Assembly: GCA_036155355.1 (NCBI GenBank) | Contig: JAYZVT010000244.1 | Location: forward strand, 1 to 29,004 | Direction of reading: 5' to 3' | Origin: Pseudomonadota bacterium | Lineage (GTDB): Bacteria; Pseudomonadota; Alphaproteobacteria; Rhizobiales; Methyloligellaceae | Length of the DNA: 29,004 nt | Shown here: positions 1 through 7,755 of the stretch, piece after piece | How positions within the stretch are numbered: the stretch's first letter is position 1 | Layout of the letters: every line of letters begins with the position of its first letter | Program-made: the position numbers and the translations under genes | Notes under the pieces: generated by a model | The model's input: only the letters and a program-made list of their open reading frames with translations | What the model was told of the DNA's origin: nothing | The model's database searches: none

Positions 1-325
1 CGATCCCACTAGTGGTGAGGAAGTGGTCTACCGTATGGAGTTCGAACGCGTATGAGCGGCTTGCCGCCCTGTCGCCGGCACTTTGCCGTCTCAACTGCCG
101 GATATCATCCTAGAATAGTCGTTAGCATCGACCGCTCCTGGCACGGGGCGGACTTGCGCGACCGATTCAGCAAGGCCCGCTACTCGAGGCTAACCGGAAA
201 TCGTGAGGCCTATTGGCCGCTTGGGGTTTGAGACTGACTATCCGCCGCCGGCATTTCAAGATCGTTTCTAACCGAATGCGGGCTTGGCAAACCGACGTAA
301 TCTGATTGGGCGAGTCTGTCTCCGG

Positions 326-796
326 TCATTTGATCTCGATTGTGCCTGTCATGCCCTTGTGAGCGTGGGTTTGTCCGTCAGTATCCTTGATGTGGCAATG
401 AAGGTCCGAAAACATCCCCGTCGAGACTGGCACGAACCACCACTCCGCATGCCCTCCTGGATAGACTTCGATTTCGCTGATGGTTCCCTTGATTTCGGCT
501 TTGGTGCCCCCTTGATCGACCACTTGGACTTTCCTTGTGAAAACGCTTTTCGCCAGCCCATGTGAAGTAAAATAGTGCTTGGTCTGGCTCGGATTGACTA
601 ACACCAGCTTGTACAGGTTTCCTGTCTCCAAGGTCAGATGGTTCGGCGCAAAAACATGGTTGCCCGCACTTGTTCCAAGCTCGACACTTACGACAATAGG
701 CTCCTGTTTGGTCAGATCACCTTTCGAAAACGCGGAAGCTGTGAACGTCGAGCCAGCAAGTAACACCGATACACAAAAAACGCGTACGCTTCGCAT
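326..796 (-). CDS. Exported cupredoxin/plastocyanin-like copper-binding protein (156 aa)
   Basis: Start moved to ATG 796 (GAGGGG RBS upstream). Hydrophobic signal peptide MRSVRVFCVSVLLAGSTFTASA. Type-1-copper-like ligands: His in KHYF and the C-terminal HC..H..GM.G.I.I motif (LHCHIKDTDGQTHAHKGMTGTIEIK). Confidence 0.75.
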   Translation of the reverse strand: MRSVRVFCVSVLLAGSTFTASAFSKGDLTKQEPIVVSVELGTSAGNHVFAPNHLTLETGNLYKLVLVNPSQTKHYFTSHGLAKSVFTRKVQVVDQGGTKAEIKGTISEIEVYPGGHAEWWFVPVSTGMFSDLHCHIKDTDGQTHAHKGMTGTIEIK

Positions 797-999
797 TGTT
801 CCCCTCACAATTAGTGTGTCATTTAGAGCAGGCAACGTTTCACTCAAACTTTGCACTTGCAAATCATTTGCAGCAGGATTTGATGACGTTATCGTGATGC
901 TGACGGAGATGAGGGTGAGGGCAGCAATTGGCACAGAGCAGACCTCGACATTCCTAGTGTATTTGTCTGTTTTCTGGTCCAGTTCCGACTTGAGCAAGT

Positions 1000-1024
1000 G
1001 TCAACCGAGTCAACCTTGTCAACC
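1000..1024. repeat. Three direct repeats of GTCAACC at a 9-bp period
   Basis: GTCAACC at 1000-1006, 1009-1015 and 1018-1024. Confidence 0.8.
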
Positions 1025-1106
1025 TAGAAAATTTATCGTCTGACTGGTGAAATGTCGGGGCGCGAATGACCCCCTGCTCGTCAAAGTCTCGAAGGACCCG
1101 TGGTCC

Positions 1107-1736
1107 CTATCGCTGGCACCTTGAGCGCAGCCGATCAATTGCCTCTTCGTCAAGCGTGCCGCGACTCTGTCGAATAATCAGATGTTCGACTTCTGACTGC
1201 GGGAGCTCCATCAGGATCTTCCACCCATTGGACCCGATACGCTCGGCTATTTCGAGCTCGATGCTACCCCAACGTGCTCGGGGCTTATCGATCCAGTGAC
1301 TAGACCGCCCCTTTCGTTTGGATGCCCTTGTGCCTGTCGTACTCACAAGTCGATATTGGCTTATTGACGATTCTTCTGACGATTCATCGATATGTAAAAC
1401 GCACATTTGCTGCTTAGGTGCGTCCACATTGCGGCCTTGGTCTGTGCGTGAATTTGCCGGCGGCTCGGCATGCACCTTCAAAATGTAGAGATCGGTCGTC
1501 CGATAACCCCGGGGTCCGTAGCGTCGCTTCCGTTCAATAAGACCTTGAGCCTCGAGTTCGAGCAACCGGCGTCGGACGGAGTCAACGGACATTTCTGCCT
1601 GTCGTGCGATCGTCTCCTGAGAGGGCCAGCAACGACCAAAATCGTCGGCATAACGGGCGAGGACGAGCAGAACGCATTTGGCTGTAGGCTTGCCCGTTTC
1701 AACGTCCACCGCCCAATCGGTCGCTCGAAAGCCCAT
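1107..1736 (-). CDS. Helix-turn-helix (HTH_36-like) protein of phage/island replication-initiator type
   Basis: N-terminus AKCVLLVLARYADDFGRCWPSQETIARQAEMSVDSVRRRLLELEAQGLIER matches the pattern of winged-HTH phage replication proteins. Confidence 0.75.
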   Translation of the reverse strand: MGFRATDWAVDVETGKPTAKCVLLVLARYADDFGRCWPSQETIARQAEMSVDSVRRRLLELEAQGLIERKRRYGPRGYRTTDLYILKVHAEPPANSRTDQGRNVDAPKQQMCVLHIDESSEESSISQYRLVSTTGTRASKRKGRSSHWIDKPRARWGSIELEIAERIGSNGWKILMELPQSEVEHLIIRQSRGTLDEEAIDRLRSRCQR

Positions 1737-1796
1737 ACTGCGGTTGCCTCAGACGACGGCCACAGGTGTGAGCTGCTGTAGATCCCAAGCCATCGT

Positions 1797-2027
1797 CTAC
1801 CCGCGCACCTGAACTTCGCTGGTTGTCGAACGAGGCGCGGTGAGCTTGGCTTCCGCCCAAGCATCAAGATCGTTGACGGTATAGACGGCCCGGTTGCCGA
1901 ATATTCGGTAGACAGGTCCGCCGCCCAGAGTTGCCATCTTCTGAAGCGTTCGCCAGCTCACGGGGAGACCACGGTGTTTCGTCAAATAGTCGGCAGCCTC
2001 GCGCCGGAGGAGAAAGGTGTCGCGCAT
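1797..2027 (-). CDS. Excisionase-like small DNA-binding protein
   Basis: 76 aa. LLRREAADYL...TLQKMATLGGGPVYRIFGNRAVYTVNDLDAW follows the MerR/Xis-like HTH pattern. RBS GAGGA upstream; lies near an integrase. Confidence 0.8.
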   Translation of the reverse strand: MRDTFLLRREAADYLTKHRGLPVSWRTLQKMATLGGGPVYRIFGNRAVYTVNDLDAWAEAKLTAPRSTTSEVQVRG

Positions 2028-2155
2028 CGGAGTCCTCGCAAGTAAATCTGAAATTTGCGAGAGAAAGGGATGGCATAGCGCCCGCGACCAACTCCACGGC
2101 TTTAATTTGCGCTTTCAAGCGTGCACTTGGGGGCAAAACTTGGTTGACGCGCCAA

Positions 2156-3106
2156 TCAGCCGATTGAAATCGCGCGCGCCCAAGGCATAGGGACTCGGTA
2201 GTCGATGAGGAGGCCGGTGGACTGAAGTTCACCGAATTGTACTGCTTGGCGCGCCCAGCGATTTTGTTCGGACCTGGCTTCACCCGTTCGGGTTACGCGA
2301 GCACGTTCAGCAAAATCCTCGATCGCCCATCGATGAACGGTCATCCTGCTAATGGATCGGAGCGTACGATCAAGTCCTTGGGTTCCGGTAGGATACTTCA
2401 CAACCTCAAGAGCCGCTTTGACAAACTCCAACCACCGAGCCGAAGAATCTTCGGGAGCATGGAATGTGGGAATATCGCCGGTGAGAAGTGCATACACTTC
2501 CGCAAGTCGTAAAACGAAAAACCGCTTCGGGATTTCCTCACGGCGGCCGCGCCGAATATGACTTTCAGCCATCGGTTGCAGCCACTCCTGGACAACGTCC
2601 AATGCTGATTCCGCGGCCCGTATTGCTTCGCGCCTGCAGGCGCGTTCGCTATCGTTTTCTGATCGCCAGCTGCATATTTCGTCCACACGCGGAAGTTCTT
2701 TTCGAGCATCGGCAAGGGCGGCGTACAGAGGCCGCGCCGCAGACCGATCATCCCGCTCTGCAGCGAATGCCCGGGCCAGCAGATCGGCCTCCGAATATGC
2801 GCGGCAGATTGCAGTGCGAACGCGCAAGGTTCTGTTTGGCTGATCAAGACCAACCACATATGCCAAATGCTCATCGTAGATCAGGAATCGCAGATGCCGA
2901 TCACTGGTCCAAGGAAGTTCGGATGAGAGCTTGTCCAGCCGAGCAAGCGCCTCGACTACGGTTGCTGGCGGCTCCGATTTCTGATTTGGCCCAATGGCCT
3001 CGTCGAGGTTGATCCCCACCCATTCAGCAACTTGGCCAGGAGGAACAGCCTTCTCGCAAATCATGCCGAAGCCGAAGCCACAATCCTTCTCCTTTGGCAA
3101 TCTCAT
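2156..3106 (-). CDS. Hypothetical protein (316 aa) in the integrase module
   Basis: Long ORF starting 12 nt after the integrase stop on the same strand, with GAGGAG upstream. No family recognised. Confidence 0.55.
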   Translation of the reverse strand: MRLPKEKDCGFGFGMICEKAVPPGQVAEWVGINLDEAIGPNQKSEPPATVVEALARLDKLSSELPWTSDRHLRFLIYDEHLAYVVGLDQPNRTLRVRTAICRAYSEADLLARAFAAERDDRSAARPLYAALADARKELPRVDEICSWRSENDSERACRREAIRAAESALDVVQEWLQPMAESHIRRGRREEIPKRFFVLRLAEVYALLTGDIPTFHAPEDSSARWLEFVKAALEVVKYPTGTQGLDRTLRSISRMTVHRWAIEDFAERARVTRTGEARSEQNRWARQAVQFGELQSTGLLIDYRVPMPWARAISIG

Positions 3107-3118
3107 GGCTGAAACCAG

Positions 3119-4426
3119 TTAACTCCTCTCCGTCTTCTTTCCGCGATTGGCGGTCGCGATTGACACCACCGCCCCTTCGGTGTCATCCGCGGCGGCCGCC
3201 ATACCGGCAGCAACAACGGAGGCGGCCCGCTCAGCCAATGCCTGTCGTGCGTCCTGCGCCCAGTGAACGTAGCGCTGCGCCGTCGACAGCTGCGAATGCC
3301 CGAGCGCTGTCATGATCTCTGCCGCTTCGGCTCCGTTCATTGCCATGTGCGACGCCAGTGAATGCCGCAAGCCGTGCAGGCCAATCCCCTCCGGCAATCC
3401 CGCTTCGGCACGGACCTTGCGCCAGGGATGCGAAAGGTTGAGCGGACCCCATCCTTGCGCGGGCTGAAAAACCAGGCTGTCCGGATTGCCCACTGTCTGC
3501 CGCGAGATGATACGCTGCGCGAGACTTGGCAATCCGATGATGCGGGGTTTGCCGGTACGGCGCCCGGCTTTGTGTGCAGCCGGTGGCAGGGTAATCAGTC
3601 CCAGTTTCAGGTCTACGTGGGCCCAGCGTAGATTTGCGATCTCCCCTCTCCTGCAGCCTGTGAGAGCGATCAGCCGAACAGCGTCAGCTACTGGTGCACG
3701 AAGCCGCTTTTCACGTTCCATTCTGTCAAGCGTTCGGAAGAGGCGCGCATAGTCTTCGGCTCTTTCGAGGATCAGGTTACGCGTTCCGCTAGGTATACTG
3801 CGGATATGGGCACAGGGATTTGCGGCGATGATGCGCTCGCTCATGGCCCAGGCGAAGACCGTGCGCAGGAGTTCGATTGCCATGCGTGCGGTGCCAGGTC
3901 CGCCCGTAACTCTCGCCCTCCCGCGGTATCCTGTTCTGATGTCAACCGCAGTCTTGCCGGAACTGATCGCTGACTGGCTCCGATATATCTTTTCCGGTGT
4001 CAGGAAGTGAACGTGCTCCCCTCCGAGGGTCGGCCTTAGGTGACGCTCGATGCGCCCCCGATCGACCGCTCGGGTCGATGGTGCCTTGGCACTGAATCTT
4101 TCCGACTTGAGGTAGGCATCCAGAACGTCGGCAACGGTTGGTAGCTCTGTTCGTTCCTTACGCGTCCGCAAGGGATCGCTGCCCGCCCTTACAGACTGGC
4201 GCAACTCCTCGGCCTTACGGCGAGCCTCTTCGGCTGTCCAGGCGCCATGCTTGCCGATGGTCGCGCGACGGCTCCGCCCCTCTGGTGTGCGATACTGGTA
4301 GCAATAGCTCTTCACGCCCGAGGGCAGCACCAAGAGGCCAAAGCCGGCAAGGTGAGAGTCCCAAACGTAATAGCGGCGGCTTTTCGGCGCTGACGCATCG
4401 ACTGAGCGCTTTGTTAGCTTGGACAC
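3119..4426 (-). CDS. int: Tyrosine recombinase/integrase with N-terminal arm-binding domain (P4-like/DUF4102 type)
   Basis: GTG start. N-terminal LTKRSVDA...WDSHLAGFGLLVLPSGVKSYCYQYR..GRSRRATIGKHG. Catalytic R (GCRRGE), HxxR (HGLRH), LGH and Y (TAQRY) are all present. Confidence 0.95.
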   Translation of the reverse strand: MSKLTKRSVDASAPKSRRYYVWDSHLAGFGLLVLPSGVKSYCYQYRTPEGRSRRATIGKHGAWTAEEARRKAEELRQSVRAGSDPLRTRKERTELPTVADVLDAYLKSERFSAKAPSTRAVDRGRIERHLRPTLGGEHVHFLTPEKIYRSQSAISSGKTAVDIRTGYRGRARVTGGPGTARMAIELLRTVFAWAMSERIIAANPCAHIRSIPSGTRNLILERAEDYARLFRTLDRMEREKRLRAPVADAVRLIALTGCRRGEIANLRWAHVDLKLGLITLPPAAHKAGRRTGKPRIIGLPSLAQRIISRQTVGNPDSLVFQPAQGWGPLNLSHPWRKVRAEAGLPEGIGLHGLRHSLASHMAMNGAEAAEIMTALGHSQLSTAQRYVHWAQDARQALAERAASVVAAGMAAAADDTEGAVVSIATANRGKKTERS

Positions 4427-4475
4427 CGGCGACCTCGCATCTGACGGTTCGTGGTGAACCGCCGACCGCTGGACT

Positions 4476-4612
4476 GTGTAAGCACCATGTCAGCAGGAGG
4501 GCGCAAATTCGAGTATGCGAATCAGTTCACCACTGCGTTGAGAGTAAGCGGCTTTTCCTGAAGTTCCAGTGCGATAGTAGGCTGTGGAAAGTCCGTGTAA
4601 GCAGTGGTGAGT
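4476..4612 (+). repeat. Cluster of GTAAGC-like direct repeats; candidate integrase arm-type sites
   Basis: GTGTAAGCA at 4476-4484 and 4595-4603, TGTCAGCA at 4488-4495, GTATGC at 4513, GTAAGC at 4544, all between the int start and the att core. Confidence 0.5.
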
Positions 4613-4626
4613 GCATCCCAACTGCA

Positions 4627-4671
4627 TTCACATCGCAGGGGTCACTGGTTCGAGTCCAGTACCGCCCACCA
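4627..4671 (+). other. att site: 3' half of tRNA-Val(CAC), not an intact tRNA
   Basis: TTCACAT anticodon loop (CAC at 4629-4631), CGCAG, variable loop GGGTC, T-arm ACTGG-TTCGAGT-CCAGT, acceptor 3' strand ACCGCCC, then ACCA. No complementary GGGCGGT 5' strand or D-arm upstream. Confidence 0.85.
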
Positions 4672-4836
4672 CCGGGCTTCGGCGCGCACCCCCGCGGCCG
4701 GCGATGCTGTCAAGCCCCCCTCGCCCGGCGGCATCAAAAAAATAATCCCCTTCCCCGCCATTGACCCGCCGGAAAGCAGGCCGACATTCCGGGTCGGCCC
4801 GCGGCATCATGCGCGGGACCTTCCATGGAGACTGAA

Positions 4837-5103
4837 ATGCTGAAGAACGTTGTCCTTGTGGCTGCGGCCGTCACAGTTGCGTCCGGCGTCGCGTTTGCCC
4901 GGGACCTGCCGACCAACGAAGCCGAATGCACCCGATTGCAGGAAGTGACCAGGACCGTGGTCACCGGCATCAAGCTGAACGAGACCCAGGTCAGCGAAGT
5001 TGACGGAATGATGAAGACCCTCGCCGAGCAATGCACTGCTGCCCAGTATGAGGCGGCGCAGACCACGGCGGAAAAAGTCATCGCCAAGGTCTCGGCCGAA
5101 TAA
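4837..5103 (+). CDS. Small exported helical protein with two Cys (88 aa)
   Basis: GGAG RBS at 4827-4830. Signal peptide MLKNVVLVAAAVTVASGVAFA. GC-rich codon usage like the host genes. Confidence 0.75.
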   Translation: MLKNVVLVAAAVTVASGVAFARDLPTNEAECTRLQEVTRTVVTGIKLNETQVSEVDGMMKTLAEQCTAAQYEAAQTTAEKVIAKVSAE

Positions 5104-5125
5104 CCGTCGGCAGCCAACTGTTCTG

Positions 5126-5157
5126 AGGGGGCGGCGTGGGCATCCGCGCCGCCCCTT
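5126..5157. terminator. GC-rich hairpin between convergent genes; probable intrinsic terminator
   Basis: GGGGCGGCG(T)GG-GCAT-CC(G)CGCCGCCCC followed by TTT; the T-tract is short. Confidence 0.55.
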
Positions 5158-5179
5158 TCGATTCAGGCCCGCGCCCGGA

Positions 5180-5911
5180 CTACCAGTCGTATTCGGGAAT
5201 GCTGGCGAAGGCGCCCTTGAGCGCATTCGACCACAGGTTGGACAGGTTACGGAAATAGGTATCTTCCGCGGTGATACGGCGGGACAGGTCCACTTTCAGG
5301 GCGCCGCGCCGGTAAATCAGCAGGTCGAGCGGCATTCCGACCGACAGGTTGCTTCGCAGCGTCGAATCGAACGATAGCAACACCAGCTTCACGGCGCTGG
5401 AAATCGGCATGGCGGTTGTTGTCACGCGGTCGAGGATCGGTTTGCCGTATTTATGCTCGCCGATCTGGAAATATGGCGTGTCCTCGCTGGCTTCGATGAA
5501 GTTTCCCGCGTCGTACACCTGGAACAGGCGCAACTGTCCCTTGCCGATCTGTCCACCGAGAAGGAAGGACACGGAGAAGTTCTCCATCCCCGCCGACGCC
5601 GCCGGCGAATCGATGCGCTTTACTTCGCGCACGGCGTCTCCCACGAGGCGAGCCACCTTGAACATCGAGTCGACGCTGAGAATGGTTTCGCCGGCGTCGG
5701 GCCCGGCATTGATGCGCTCCTCGAGCTGGCTGATGACGGATTGCGTGACCGCCAGGTTGCCCGCTCCCGCCAGAGCCACGACCCGGTCGCCGGGCCGCTC
5801 CCAGATTCGCAGCTTGCGGAAGGTGGCGATGTTGTCCACGCCCGCGTTGGTGCGGGTGTCGGAGGCCATGATGAGGCCCTCCTTCAGCAGCAGACCGACG
5901 CAATAGGTCAT
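5180..5911 (-). CDS. anbu: Anbu proteasome-type (Ntn-hydrolase) peptidase
   Basis: MTYCVGLLLKEGLIMASDTRTNAGVDNIATFRKL with Thr1 nucleophile after Met removal; PYFQIGEHKYGKPILDR; SNLSVGMPLDL; canonical operon context. Confidence 0.92.
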   Translation of the reverse strand: MTYCVGLLLKEGLIMASDTRTNAGVDNIATFRKLRIWERPGDRVVALAGAGNLAVTQSVISQLEERINAGPDAGETILSVDSMFKVARLVGDAVREVKRIDSPAASAGMENFSVSFLLGGQIGKGQLRLFQVYDAGNFIEASEDTPYFQIGEHKYGKPILDRVTTTAMPISSAVKLVLLSFDSTLRSNLSVGMPLDLLIYRRGALKVDLSRRITAEDTYFRNLSNLWSNALKGAFASIPEYDW

Positions 5912-5944
5912 GACGATCTCCTGGAGTCCGGACGCTTGCCGGCT

Positions 5945-6754
5945 CTATTGCTGGGATTGCGGGGCGCCGACTTCCACATGAACGTCCATTGATTCCGCAC
6001 CCCCGCCGCGGCGCATACCTTTTACCGGAGCGGCGTAGGTGTAGTCGAGACCGCTGGCGACCCGGACATAGTGGGGGTCGGGGGAAATGCCGTTGGAAAC
6101 ATCGAATCCGGTCCATCCCAAATGCGGCACATGGACTTCGGCCCAGGCATGCTGGGCCTCCTGCGGCTCGCCTTCGGTGGCCCACAAATAACCTGCGGTG
6201 TAGCGGGCCGGAAAGCCGAGACAGCGGGCGGCGGACACGAAAATATGGGTATGGTCCTGACAGACACCCGCCCCCCGCTGGAGCGCTTCGGCAGCCGTCG
6301 TGGCGCTGTGCGTCGTACCCAGCTCGTAGGTGACCGCGTCTCGAATCAGCGCCATCAGATTGTGCAGGCGGCTGACGTCATCCTTGCCTTGGGACTTTGC
6401 GGCCAGGGCGGCGATGCCCTTGTCGGGGCGGGTGAGCGGGGTGGGACGCAAGTAGATGCTCAGCGGAACCGTCTCTGGCAACCCAGTGACGAGGCCGGCC
6501 TTGTCGAAGGTCTCGACTTCCCCCGTCACATCAATGACGACCTCGCGGTGCGGGCCGATGCAGGTAATGACATGTACGCGGTTCTCGAAGCCGTCCGTAT
6601 ACACAAGAGCCTTGTCGATACCCGGAGCATCTATGCGCCAGTCGATGATCTTCACGCCGTCATGGGGCGCGGGAGTCAGGCGCAGCCGCTGCACCGAATA
6701 GGTGGCTTCCTCACCGTAGCTGTAAACTGTGCGATGGCGGATGGAGATGTGCAT
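5945..6754 (-). CDS. Transglutaminase-family protein (269 aa)
   Basis: True start ATG 6754 (MHISIRHRTVYSY), 1 nt after the alpha-E stop. Catalytic triad GVCQDH / HAWAE / FDVSN. Confidence 0.92.
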   Translation of the reverse strand: MHISIRHRTVYSYGEEATYSVQRLRLTPAPHDGVKIIDWRIDAPGIDKALVYTDGFENRVHVITCIGPHREVVIDVTGEVETFDKAGLVTGLPETVPLSIYLRPTPLTRPDKGIAALAAKSQGKDDVSRLHNLMALIRDAVTYELGTTHSATTAAEALQRGAGVCQDHTHIFVSAARCLGFPARYTAGYLWATEGEPQEAQHAWAEVHVPHLGWTGFDVSNGISPDPHYVRVASGLDYTYAAPVKGMRRGGGAESMDVHVEVGAPQSQQ

Positions 6755-6755
6755 T

Positions 6756-7709
6756 TTAATTAGCGAAGTTGTATGCCTTGGAAATCTCGTTGGCGAGGCG
6801 GTTGTTGCTGCGGATGAAATCAAGAACGAACTCGTGCAAGCCGCTCTGAAAGATCTGGTCAATGGACCCGCCATGCACCTTGGCGGCGATTTCGTCGGCG
6901 ACGTCGTGGCACATATGACGTGCGCTGTAGGCACGCTCCAGACTGCCGAGCGAAGCCTGCACCTGGTTGTAACAGAAGGCGAGCGACCTCGGCATTTCCT
7001 TGCACAGAATAAGAAACTCGGCGATGCGCCAAGGTCGATAAGGCTCCCGGTACATCCAGTTGTAGGAACGGTGCGCGGAGACAGAGCGCAGGATGGTGGT
7101 CCACTGGTAGTTATCCACCCCGCCGCCCACAGCCTGCTGTTCAGGCAGAAGGATGTAATATTTGACATCCAGAATGCGGGCGGTGTTGTCGGCACGCTCA
7201 ATGAAAGCACCGAGCTGGTTGAACCAGAAGAACTCGCTGCGCAGGCTCGTGCTGAGCAGCGCGCCGCGGAACATCTGGGACCGCTGTTTCACCCATTCCA
7301 GGAAGGAGGGAAGCGTGGTGGGCGAAAGGTTGCGCGGCCGCACGTCGGACAGCTCGATCCAGGTCGAATTGAGGCTCTCCCACATTTCGCGGGTCAGAGC
7401 AGTGCGCACGGACCGCGCCTTGTTTCGCGCCGTCGCCAGGCAGGAATAGACGCTCGACGGGTTCTCCGGATCGAGCAGCAGATAGTCCACCACATTCTCC
7501 GTGGTGAGTTCGTCGTGCTTGAGGTCGAAACCAGCCTCACAGGCCGCGCTTACGAGTGTGGAACGCCATTCGGCGCGGTACTCGGCAACATCGCGGGGCA
7601 TCAGCGCGATGCGATAGCCGACCTCGACCATGCGGGCCATGTTCTCGGCGCGCTCCATGTAGCGCGACAGCCAGAACAGGTCGTCGGCGGTACGCGCAAG
7701 CATACTCAT
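6756..7709 (-). CDS. Alpha-E domain protein
   Basis: MLARTADDLFWLSRYMERAEN and LGAFIERADNTARILDVKY carry the paired ER motifs; FLILCKEMPRSL. Confidence 0.92.
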   Translation of the reverse strand: MSMLARTADDLFWLSRYMERAENMARMVEVGYRIALMPRDVAEYRAEWRSTLVSAACEAGFDLKHDELTTENVVDYLLLDPENPSSVYSCLATARNKARSVRTALTREMWESLNSTWIELSDVRPRNLSPTTLPSFLEWVKQRSQMFRGALLSTSLRSEFFWFNQLGAFIERADNTARILDVKYYILLPEQQAVGGGVDNYQWTTILRSVSAHRSYNWMYREPYRPWRIAEFLILCKEMPRSLAFCYNQVQASLGSLERAYSARHMCHDVADEIAAKVHGGSIDQIFQSGLHEFVLDFIRSNNRLANEISKAYNFAN

Positions 7710-7755
7710 GGCGCGCCGTCCTTTGCCGTTTCATACGCGGGACGCCACGCCGTCA

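Larger units (their letters stand above)
1..4671. mobile_element. Right-hand part of a tRNA-Val(CAC)-targeting integrative element / genomic island; left end lies outside the window
   Basis: Tyrosine integrase next to a 3'-half tRNA-Val ending at 4671; excisionase-like and HTH replication-like genes; sequence looks more AT-rich than the rest of the window (judged by eye, not computed). Confidence 0.8.

Noticed and set aside
138-158. Sigma54 promoter (TGGCACG...TTGC)
   Set aside because: Spacing between GG and GC is wrong (longer than 10 nt).
4596-4671. Intact tRNA-Val gene
   Set aside because: The 5' acceptor strand (GGGCGGT expected) and D-arm are missing; only the 3' half from the anticodon loop is present, so it is called an att fragment.
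5945-7210. 421-aa transglutaminase with a long N-terminal extension or fusion
   Set aside because: The extension overlaps the alpha-E gene in another frame; family similarity begins at MHISIRH (6754).
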